Shown here one piece after another: positions 1-9,389 of a stretch of 37,359 bases of DNA. Source of the stretch: Macrostomum lignano (lineage: Eukaryota); contig NIVC01000603.1 of NCBI GenBank assembly GCA_002269645.1, positions 24,597-61,955 on the forward strand, given 5' to 3'. The translations under genes were made by a program, and so were the position numbers. The notes beneath the pieces were generated by a model, which was given only the letters and a program-made list of their open reading frames with translations, was not told the DNA's origin and ran no database searches. Numbering within the stretch: position 1 is the first letter of the stretch; each line of letters begins with the position of its first letter.

Positions 1-308
1 CAGGGTATGTCAACTAAGTCCGGAAAGGGAAACGGATTGTCAAAGGGGTGGTTTCTCTCTCGACGCCATTATTGGATCCACCAACCAGTGTAGAACGATC
101 GATGGAGATGGTACATATTCAAAATATTCACATAGACTTTTGCACTCAAATGATGTGGAGTAACTTCTATTCATCTTCGGTACGGTATTCAATACGTATC
201 GATCCACGGCCTAAATAGGTTTGAAAAATCATAAAAAAACCATCAGATAACTGAAAAGCTTATTGATCGAACTTGATGAACTCCATTCCCTTTTTAATAT
301 GCTCACAG

Positions 309-1166
309 ACCCGCCATCAAGCGCATCAATTTCTGTACTCAATCTGCCAACCTGCGAGAACTCATCCGACGTATTGGTACAGTTCGCATCGTCTGCATCT
401 CTACCAGTGCCCGAGCACAGATGCAGCGCTGTTGGTGGCGGATTGGAAGTGCGAAACCTCACGCAGCTGTCATTTGTGAGTCGCTTGCATTTTGCACTTT
501 CACACTATGAGTGACTACGCGCTGACATGCTGACCAGCGAGCTTCATCAATTCCAGAGCTCGAGCGGCGACGGTTGGGTCAGCACGTGGGCACTGGCGAT
601 CGGAGGGAAGCTGAGCTCAGAGTGGCTTGTGGGCCTCATCGAGTGCAGCGCAGTGCAGAATCTGCCGCCGGAGATCCGGTTCAAGGCTGAGCACAGGGCC
701 TCAGCTTGCTACAGCTGCGGCAATCACAAAGGTCTCATCAAACCTGATGTGCAGTCCTTACGCATGTACATTTCACAGTTCTTGTACGGATTTCTAACAG
801 CAACTGCTCTGCTAAGTGTGCTCTTGCTTGTCTTGGTCTCGGTGAGTAACCCCTCTCTCTAAATGATATTTTCCGTCTCTGTGCTCTAAACTGCCGTGTT
901 GCATCTGCTAAATTCAGTTTTCAGTCATCAAATTCAGAGTAAATAAGTCGTGGACAAAACAAACTATTCCAATGGTAAGCTTTGGTTTTCTCAATCTGTA
1001 CAGTCGACTCAAACTGTGACAGCTAAAGTTCGAACTCTTTGCGCTTTAGTCTGATCGATCCACGACGCCTGGATCTGGAGCACCGGTTGCTGCCGCTTCT
1101 GCTGCCATGGAGTATGAGAACTCTGGTTACAACCTGGAGGATGCTACTGGTGTCTACGTGACCTGA
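309..1166 (+). CDS. Receptor copy A, coding exons 6-9 (third Ig-like domain, TM helix, Tyr-rich tail); exons 1-5 lie upstream of the window
   Basis: Exons 309-475, 557-841, 918-974, 1050-1166, all with AG/GT boundaries and compatible phases (1/0/0/0). Translation: PPSSASISVLNLPTC...GLIECSA...FLYGFLTATALLSVLLLVLVS|FSVIKFRVNKSWTKQTIPM|SDRS...MEYENSGYNLEDATGVYVT*. Exon lengths are identical to copy B. Confidence 0.8.
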
Positions 1167-1185
1167 GGGTTTTCAAGCTGGCAAA

Positions 1186-2404
1186 GTGATCCTGATCCTG
1201 ATCCTGATACCGATCCTGATCCTGATCCTGATCCTGATCCTGATCCTGATCCTGATCCTGATTCTGATCCTGATCCTGATCCTGATCCTGATCCTGATCC
1301 TGATCCTGATCCTGATACCGATCCTGATCCTGATCCTGATCCTGATACCGATCCTGATCCTGATCCTGATACCGATCCTGATCCTGATCCTGATCCTGAT
1401 CCTGATCCTGATTCTGATCCTGATCCTGATCCTGATCCTGATCCTGATCCTGATTCTGATCCTGATCCTGATCCTGATCCTGATCCTGATCCTGATCCTG
1501 ATCCTGATCCTGATTCTGATCCTGATCCTGATCCTGATCCCGATCCCGATCCTGATCCTGATCCTGATCCTGATCCTGATCCTGATCCTGATCCTGATCC
1601 TGATCCTGATCCTGATCTTGATCCTGATCCTGATCCTTATTCTGTCCTGATCCTGATCCTGATCCTGATCCTGATCCTTATCCTGTCCTGATCCGATCCT
1701 GATCCTGATCCTGATCCTTTTCCTTATCCTGTCCTGATCCCGATCCTGATCCTGATCCTGATCCTTTTCCTTATCCTGTCCTGATCCCGATCCTGATCCT
1801 GATCCTGATCCTGATCCTGTCCTGATCCTTTTCCTTATCCTGTCCTGATCCCGATCCTGATCCTTATCCTGTCCTGATCCCGATCCTGATCCTTATCCTG
1901 TCCTGATCCTGATCCTGATCCTGATCCTGATCCTGATCCTGTCCTGATCATTTTCCTTATCCTGTCCTGATCCCGATCCTGATACTGATCCTGATCCTGA
2001 TCCTGATCCTGATCCTGATCCTGATCCTTTTCCTTATCCTGTCCTGATCCCGATCCTGATCCTGATCCTGATCCTGATCCTGTCCTGATCCTGATCCTGA
2101 TCCTGATCCTGTCCTGATCCTGATTCTGATCCTGATCCTTTTCCTTATCCTGTCCTGATCCCGATCCTGATCCTGATCCTGTCCTGATCCTGTCCTGATC
2201 CCGATCCTGATCCTGATCCTGTCCTGATCCTGTCCTGATCTTGATCCCGATCCTGATCCTGATCCTGATCCTGTCCTGATCCTTTTCCTTATCCTGTCCT
2301 GATCCCGATCCTGATCCTGATCCTGATCCTGATCCTGATCCTGATCCTTATCCTGATCCTGATCCTTATCCTTTCCTGAGCCTAATTCGATTTATTGTTC
2401 TCAG
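1186..2404 (+). other. Probable 3'-UTR intron of copy A, almost entirely filled by the hexamer array
   Basis: GTGATC donor 19 nt after the TGA. CCTAAT branch-like motif at 2381-2386, then a pyrimidine tract and TCTCAG ending at 2404. The same signals flank the array of copy B. Confidence 0.5.
1187..2379 (+). repeat. (GATCCT)n degenerate hexanucleotide array, about 1.2 kb
   Basis: Direct reading. Variants include GATTCT, GATACC, GATCCC, GTCCT and TTTTCCTTATCCT. Confidence 0.98.
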
Positions 2405-2636
2405 TTCATGAGGATGTGTTTTATCCCAGAGCTAGATTTACCGTACACATAGGCCAATATATTTTATTTTACTGCGCTTAATACACATAAGAAATAATGA
2501 CGCAACACTCCCGAATACTGTAAAGCAGTTTTGAAGCCGACAGTTCAATTACCAATATCACCTGATCTGTTTGATGCGGAAGCAAAATTCTTTTGATAGC
2601 TTTTTTCAGAATTTATTCACAATTTACTTTTTTTCC

Positions 2637-2642
2637 AATAAA
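2637..2642 (+). terminator. Candidate polyadenylation signal (AATAAA) of copy A
   Basis: AATAAA about 230 nt after the putative 3'-UTR acceptor, conserved at the homologous position in copy B (20885-20890). Confidence 0.45.
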
Positions 2643-2834
2643 CCATATGATATATAGTATTAGCCAATGCTAAACATAGCTGTGCCTTAAGCTACATCAT
2701 ATCTAGCCTAAAGTCTAAAAGCTAAGCACTGCAGGTCATTTGATGTTTTCAACAGTTTAATATTGGTCCAAGACTTTTTAAAACAAATTTATATTACCAT
2801 ACCTAATTTCATACTAAATTATATTAAAAAACAA

Positions 2835-3635
2835 CAATATACACCTCTTGCCGGCCACAAGTGGTCACAGAGGGGGGAGGTGTCAGAACACACGTCATTG
2901 GGCCGCACTTCTCAAAAATTCATCTCCTCCAGTCAGAGTCGGAACGGGGGTTCTCGCATCCTTCAGAAGCAGCTCGGGGTAGCGCGTCGTTTGCCATTGG
3001 CTTCGTCTCCGCGGACCCTACGCCGTTGACGTAGCGTTGACGTTGACCTAGCAGGTCGTGTAACGGCTCACGGCAGCGACTCTTCGACCGGATGACGTGG
3101 CCAGCCAGCTTGAGCCAGCTTGAGAGCGCAGCATCACAGAGTGCTCGGCGTAGAGCAGAGAACAGTCTCGACGACTGCCCGAAACAGCTGAGCCCTGGTC
3201 GCGTCATCCAGAGCCTCAGATCGCAGCACTGCGAGTGCACCGAGCGTAAGGCGTCTCCTCAAGTCACGGCGATATCAGGCACGAGTTCGCCGAGGTATAC
3301 AAAATGTGTGGAAGCGGGGTCTCATTCCTGACAGCATCTCGGCAGGTCCAGCGGCATAGTGAAGACTTCTGCGCGTGCAGCGTGAGAGGCCGACCATCGC
3401 TGCCGCTTTCGTCAAGCCATCCAGCAGCCGTTGGGCGCCTTCGACTGTTGAAGACACTGCAACGCTAGGTCATCCACGTAGCCGAGCACACAAAGACGCT
3501 TCTCCGGATGCCTCCGACTCATGCGACGTCTAAGCATGAAGCCATTGCCATCGTCCGACTCAGGCAGTCTGGTTCTCAGCACCCAGTACTCGTACGGTAC
3601 CAGCACAAATAGAAAAAGCGCCAGCGTGTCAACCT
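2835..3635 (-). mobile_element. 5'-truncated, decayed non-LTR retrotransposon (RTE-clade-like RT C-terminal region)
   Basis: Minus-strand frames give LFVLVPYEYWVLRT...GFMLRRRMSRRHPEKRLCVLGYVDDLAL (YADD-type motif), then STVEGAQRLLDGLTKAAAMVGL, FVYLGE and LKLAGHVIR, broken by frameshifts and stops. Absent from the homologous B-C spacer. End coordinates are approximate. Confidence 0.8.
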
Positions 3636-3977
3636 AAAGTAGTAATAATCTGCAGTACATGTACAAAGACAAGTAAACTGAGACAGTGTACCATTAAATT
3701 CGCATCTGGATTTTTGCACTTCCGAATTCCAAATAGAGCTCTGTCAGGCGAAATTTCAGCTGTTCCTGTCTGTTTGAAATTATTGAGTTATAGTTTAATA
3801 AAAGTTTCATCATTAAGCAACGATGCATTGCATAAATGCAAAAGAAAACTCTATTTCAGCAATTCCTATACTGGAGTTAAATTGGAGGAGTAAGTGGGCG
3901 CAGGGCCCAAACCGATATTTAATGGTATTTATACCAGACATTAACTTTGGGGGTTGAGCCCAGAATAATAAGGAGAG

Positions 3978-4008
3978 GGGGGCGGAGGGAGACTGGAGAG
4001 CCAATCAG
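3978..4008 (+). promoter_or_regulatory. GC box plus CCAAT box, possible promoter element upstream of copy B
   Basis: GGGGCGGAG at about 3978-3987 and CCAATCAG at 4001-4008, about 720 nt upstream of the ATG. Motif match only. Confidence 0.25.
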
Positions 4009-4056
4009 AAGGCGGCGAGGGAGACAGAGATAAGAATAACAAGATTGAGCTAGACA

Positions 4057-4320
4057 GAGGGCCTTTTCATATTGCTTGTTCTGGTTCCAGAACCAGAACC
4101 AATTTGTGAAGTATAACTTTTTGTCTCCATAACTAGAGGGAGATACGTGCTATAAAGTTTTTATTATTGAATGACAATCGCCAAGAAGAAAGTGAAAAAT
4201 TGTGCTAAGTGAGGTTGTTAAGGCAGTCAAACATTCAACAGAGTTAAATAGTTATACTGCTGTTTTTCTTGGAAGATCCGAACCGATTCTGATTCTGGAA
4301 TTGGTAATATGAAAAGCCTC
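4057..4320. mobile_element. MITE-like element with imperfect terminal inverted repeats
   Basis: CTTTTCATATT (4063-4073) is the reverse complement of AATATGAAAAG (4306-4316). Inner CCAGAACCAGAACC pairs imperfectly with GATTCTGATTCTGG. AT-rich non-coding interior. Confidence 0.5.
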
Positions 4321-4727
4321 AGAGAGAGAGGTGAACTAAGAAATGACTAGGAAAGTCGCGACACCTGCAGAGTCAGAGACGGCCAAGCAAACTCAGTCCC
4401 CATCGGAGCCAAGAAACCCAAATATGATTTTCGTCGCTTATTCAAACCAAGTTCAGTTTGGCCAAGGACTTCTATTATCTAGAAGTCCTTGGTTTGGCTA
4501 AGCTGCAGCCAGAGAGTTTGTAAACATTTTATTTCAACTTGCAGTCTTATACACAGATGGAACTTGTAGTCACCACCTGCCGGAACAGAACTTGCGACTG
4601 CAGCCCTGCATCAATGGTTTCTGCAGCCAAATACAAAAGCCATGACACAAGATCAAAATGGATTCTTTTTTGCTGCGCTTGTTGTACTAACGACAGAATT
4701 GCTTTGAAGTGATCAGCAAGTGTCTGC

Positions 4728-6949
4728 ATGATGGAAGCTGCAGCGCTGATATCCCTGTTAGGGGCTCTGCTCTGCATCGCTACCTGTCTCTGCGACTGTG
4801 AGTGAAAGCTTTTTAAACCCTCCAGGGTGTTTTTTCAAGCGAAATGGATTTCTAACTTCTCAAGTTCCTATGTTGCAGGTGGGGTGCCGATTCGCAACAA
4901 GACTGTACTCAACGCCTGGCAGTCCTCTTATTTCTATTCTTGCTTTCACGAGAGAGACCAGCTGAATGAGAGCAATGTTCTGAACACAAGCCAAAGTTTT
5001 CAGTTCATTCACAGCAATGACAAAAAGCATTTTAACGATAGCGGATTTCACTGGTTCGCTGTGCAGCTGAGTGAGTCAGTGCTCATCGGTTCTGTGACAG
5101 TGAAGGGCAGCGAGGGTGAGTTACACCACAGACCAGTTTTATGAAGCACTGATTGACTAGTTGGTTAACTTACTTGACATAGCTTCAGGGAGTCCGGGCA
5201 TCCGGATGCAGCGAGGCGTCGCCGCCCATTTTGCGAACCCCTGGCGACCAGGGAAGCTGGTGCTGCGGTGTTCTGCAGGGAGATCCGGTGGTGCCAGTGT
5301 CCGCAGCGCGGTAGCCCTTAGGTAGCGGACGAGCTGGCAGAGATTCTCGGGCCTGAAAACGTCGGAGAGGTCCGAGTTTGGGCTGAGGTAGGTGAAGCCT
5401 GTCCTGAGTAAAGGCGGAGCATTCACAGATGAAGTGCTCCGCATTCTCGACACCGGAGAGGCAGAAAGGGCATCATTCCTCGCTACGGATTTTTCCTGAA
5501 GGTAACGATGCCTGGCAAAACAGCCATGACCCGAGAGGTCCATGGTCACGGCCCTGATGTCCCTGCGGTTGAGTCCAAGCAGGACTCTTGGCTAGTTGGT
5601 TGATTTCATAAAAAACAGCAGCTGCTTTTTATTGACTGTCTAAGCTGGATGCTGTAATTTAACCCTAAAGTCATCGGTTCGCTTATGAAACTAAATCACT
5701 GCAGCATTCCTGAAACCCTCTTTCTTCCGGTATTTTTACAATCTCGTTGATCTGGCAATAATTTCAGTCTTCTCGGATGCTGAAATGTTCCGCAGCTCAG
5801 CTGGCATCGAGATCTGGACTTCGAACTCAGAGGAGCAACTGTTTTCTGGCAATCACTGCAACTCAAAAAATATGAGCAAACAGTTTAATAAGTACCTGAG
5901 CAGTTGGAAGCGTTGCGGTGTCACTACAAATAGGTCGATGAGTAGCACACGTAATGGGCTCTACATGGTGGACTGTCTTGCAGAGGTGAGCATTGATGCT
6001 ACAGAGATTATGTGCTTAATTAGTTCATCTCACCCGGATCTCAAAATGTTGAGTGCAACATCCCAGGTCCGGTATCTGCTCCTCAGGAGAAACGTGAGCC
6101 TGAGCTTCTCAGCCAGAGACTACGGCTATCTGAGCGTCTCAGATCTGACGCTGCAGACAGTGCGCCTGGGTGAGGCTGTGGACTTTCCCAAAGCACTTGA
6201 AGACCAGAGAAGCCTCAAAAGTGGCATGAAAATATCTGATAATATTGTGGGCTTTGGCCTGACTTTCTAGTCATCAGGCTTGTGCACTCTCTGTGCATTG
6301 GGGCTGGCCTTCATGGGTCATGAATGACACGAGAACTCCCACGGTAAATAGCATTATAGCATTAAAGTATAAATTTATATGACTTGATTTGCAGTACCAT
6401 CGACAGACCAACTTGTTGCTGCAAACGAAAGCTTTAACGTGAGCTGCTCGTGCATTCTATGCAACGGCACGGAGTTGAGCACGAACTCAAGGCAGCTGCA
6501 GCTGTGCCAACCAGACGGAAACTGCACGAAAACCTGGAAGCTGTCGGTTGTGAAGGCACAGTCGCAGCACTCTGGCCTCTACACCTGCCAGCTTGGCTCT
6601 GCCGCAGAGTCAACTTCCGTCACAGTGCTGTGTGAGCTGAGTGTCATTGCTTGTCTCCATATTTAAATACAATTAATAGACAAAAAGCAACCATAACGTG
6701 TTGAATTTTCAGCATCCTCGCATGCGCAAACAGCAGCCGAGAACGACAGTTTTGCAGTGAGCTGCACGCTGTACTTCAATGGTTCGGAGATCATTGGTAA
6801 CAACACAAGCGGCATGCAGCTGTGCCAACCAGATGGGAACTGCAGTGCGGGCCCGGAGCTGCGGATCAACAGGGCGCTGCGGCAGCACTCCGGCAGCTAC
6901 ACCTGCCAGGTGAACTCCACTCGAGTTTCAACCTTCGTTACCGTGCTGT
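4728..6949 (+). CDS. Receptor copy B, coding exons 1-5: signal peptide, F-type-lectin-like domain, Ig1, Ig2
   Basis: Exons 4728-4797 ([23 protein letters not shown], signal-peptide-like), 4879-5115, 5768-6169, 6395-6631, 6713-6949, all introns phase 1 with GTGAG donors. FTP motifs: AWQSS, ESNVLN, FIHS, HWFAVQL, IGSVTV, GIEIW, RYLLL, YLSVSDL. Ig F-strands: HSGLYTC and HSGSYTC. Many N-x-S/T sequons. Confidence 0.82.
5157..5601. mobile_element. GC-rich insertion of about 435 bp in intron 2, flanked by a 10-bp direct repeat
   Basis: CTAGTTGGTT at 5157-5166 and 5592-5601 brackets a GC-rich block in an otherwise AT-rich intron. No TIRs are visible. The same insertion is present in copy C. Confidence 0.45.
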
Positions 6950-7084
6950 GTGAGTTTCATTTCAATTTGAAATTGAATGGATAAAGAAAGGCCCTTTAAC
7001 TCATCTGAAATGTTTGTTATAGCCCAACAGAAACTTAGAAAATAAGTTTCCACTTGACTAAATAGCTTGTGATACAGATGATGA

Positions 7085-7140
7085 TGTCGTTGTGTTGTTG
7101 TTGCTGCTGCTGTTGTTGTTGTTGTTGTTTTTTTTTTGTT
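7085..7140. repeat. (TTG)n/(CTG)n/poly-T microsatellite
   Basis: Direct reading. The homologous stretch in copy C (about 26965-27007) is shorter and more interrupted. Confidence 0.85.
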
Positions 7141-7153
7141 GTGCTTTTAAACC

Positions 7154-9368
7154 TGATGTAACCGCCCTTGTCGCCTGTCCGCTCCGTAGAGAGACGAACG
7201 AGGGGGGGGGGAGACGAGAGAGGGGGCAATGACCGTAGGCTGCCTATGACCGGGCAATGACCTGACGGACCTCCAGCACCAGACTGTCCCGTCCACATGA
7301 TTGATAGCTTTGGTAGTGCTTCGTGACCAGAGGGCCAAGGACCCACATGGACCCCACCTGCAGCCAAGGTGCAAAACCTGCAGCAAAGGCTGCCACCACT
7401 CTATGTGACCTGGCGCACCTGGATCTTTCTACCAGACCTCTCGAGGCTAGAGCCCCGCCTGGGGTGGTTACCAGGAGATTTAGGCTAACAGGGGAGACAC
7501 ATGCAGCCGAGTACAGGGACTCTGCTTGGGGCATGATCGGGAACTCTGGGCTCAATCTGGAGGATTTCTCAGCAGGGGATCCTTTGTGGCTGTGAGCGAG
7601 GCTGACTTGCGACTTTGATTACTAAGAGTAGTATGAGGCGAACATCTACTGTCTCTAGTTTAGATTGCTCAGGGCGAAGGGACGCGTCAGCATGGGGGTT
7701 GCAACCTTCCTACTGCCATTCTGTGCCAAGACTCGCTAATCCCTCTACTGCACGCACACACGGCCCCGCAGCACGCACTCACAGACGAGCTTTGCACGGG
7801 GAGAGGCCATTAACTTACCCAAACTTCCCTATGCTTTGCCACCCCGGGAGAAAGGCTTAGCAAGCCATGAGTGAAATGATGGTGAAAGAGTGAATAATGA
7901 TGAGGTTAGTTAATAGTTAATAATTAGGCCCTTAGGCAAATAACCAGGCAATTAGGCGGCTTCACTATTGAGTAAAAATACAGCAAAAGGTACGGTATCA
8001 CAACTGGCTCAGCCCTCTAATCAGACAATGGAAAATAGGCAAACCCCGGATAAGCAAAGGCAATTAGAGCACAAATCAGTAACAGGAACTTACCGGCAGC
8101 TGCACAGAGAGAGAGAGAGAGAGAGAGACGGAGTGACCGAGGGTGGCTGTAGGCTGCAGTCAGGCGGACAGTGAAGCGGCGATGCGCTGAAGCGACGAGG
8201 CGCTGGTGTAGATCAGGCGAAGCTGATGATGCTGGGCGGTGTCAGACCGCTGGCCAATAGGCGAGCTCACTTGGGGAGCTGAAGATAACTTGGCGGTATC
8301 AGACCGCAGACCGGCAGGGATTCGTCTTATAGACGAATGGGTCAGAACTCAGTCTGACGGCAAGTCTAAAGAAAGACTAGGAGCCCGAAGGTGGGCAAAA
8401 GTTGAGTCTTCTCATGCCGAAAACCGCCTCCTTTTATAGCCTTCCCAGCCGCCGCTCCAAGGTCGTTTCCATGGCTCCCTCTCTCTGATTGGCTGCCGGC
8501 CGAATGACGTCAGAATGAGTCATGATGAGAAACATGAGACCGGCATAGCAACATGAGAAATAGGGAAATTGCGCAATCCGGAGGTGGGGTGGGGGGATAA
8601 TTGGCGCAGCGGGTGGTCGCGAAAGTGTTGCGCAAGCAAACATTGAGAACAATAGGGCTGGGGTCGAGAACAAAGGAATTGGAAATCGGGGATAATTGGG
8701 GAGAATCGAGAACAATAGAAAAGCAAACATTGGAGAAAAGGTGATAATTAGGTGCGAAAACGAGAACAAAAGAAAGAGAAAATCGGAGAAAATGTGATGA
8801 TTGGTGGGGTAAAGAGAACAAAAGAATCAAAAACGAGAACAATAGAAGCGGAGGTGGGTGGGTGTCGCATGAGAAATTTGGGGAGGAAAACAATAGCATG
8901 AGAAAAGGTTGCGCAAGAGAGGGGATGAGTCATCGATGAGTCATCGAGGGGAAGAAGGGGTCACACGACTTGCGTCACCGTTTGGGAGTTTGGGAAGGGA
9001 TGGGAGGTCGATGAGCACACAAAATACTGTAAGTAGACGCAGAGAAAGAGGGGACAGAGCAGGAAAATAGTGCAGAGAGAGACAAAGAGAGGGGGGATGG
9101 GGAAAGTACAAGAAGACTAGGGTGGAGCGCAGGGGAGATAAGGTAGAGGGGAGGTACAGAGAGGGATAGGGAGCTCCGGAAAGGCAGGTGTGGCGGCAGG
9201 GGAGACGGAGCCAAGGCAGCAGGAGGGTGCAGCAGAGCGGGAGTCTCCAGGCCTGGCCGGAGACCTAACCGAGTCTCGACAGCTCTGCGCAGGGGAGGTG
9301 CACGGGATAGGAGGCACCTTCGAAAAAGTTCCCATGCCCTATCCCGCGACCAGAGCGTGGTTACATCA
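7154..9368 (-). mobile_element. Solo-LTR-like element (Gypsy-type ends), 2215 bp
   Basis: Perfect 10-bp inverted termini TGATGTAACC (7154-7163) and GGTTACATCA (9359-9368), i.e. TG...CA. 4-bp target duplication AACC at 7150-7153 and 9369-9372. Internal minus-strand Pol II promoter motifs and no recognisable coding domain. Confidence 0.75.
8431..8522 (-). promoter_or_regulatory. LTR promoter: TATA box, CCAAT box, CRE and AP-1 sites, oriented antisense to copy B
   Basis: Minus strand TATAAAAG (8438-8431), CCAAT (8492-8488), TGACGTCA (8505-8512), TGAGTCA (8516-8522), with further TGAGTCA at 8926-8932 and 8937-8943. Confidence 0.6.
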
Positions 9369-9389
9369 AACCAATGAGATATAGTCAAG

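Noticed and set aside
732-778. Possible 47-nt intron inside exon 7 (GTCTCA...TTCACAG)
   Set aside because: The donor is weak. Splicing would shift the frame, remove the TM helix and break phase with exon 8.
1187-2379. Telomeric repeat or Dam-methylation (GATC) array
   Set aside because: GATCCT/AGGATC is not a known G-rich telomere unit and the arrays are gene-internal. Dam logic is bacterial and nothing here is prokaryotic.
5157-5549. 130-aa minus-strand ORF as an independent gene
   Set aside because: No recognisable family motif, and the homologous region of copy C does not preserve the full ORF.
5570-5596. Helitron 3' end (hairpin plus CTAG|T)
   Set aside because: The hairpin is only 4 nt from CTAG, I found no clear A|TC 5' end, and the 10-bp flanking direct repeat is not a Helitron feature.
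7238-7251. 13/14 inverted match to 12951-12964 as a DIRS1-type ITR remnant
   Set aside because: It lies inside the separately inserted LTR-like element and does not extend convincingly. There is also no methyltransferase domain, so DIRS1 subtype is unsupported.
7157-8965. Alternative LTR ends TGTAACC...GGTCACA
   Set aside because: No matching target-site duplication. The 7154-9368 ends have a perfect 10-bp TIR plus the AACC duplication.
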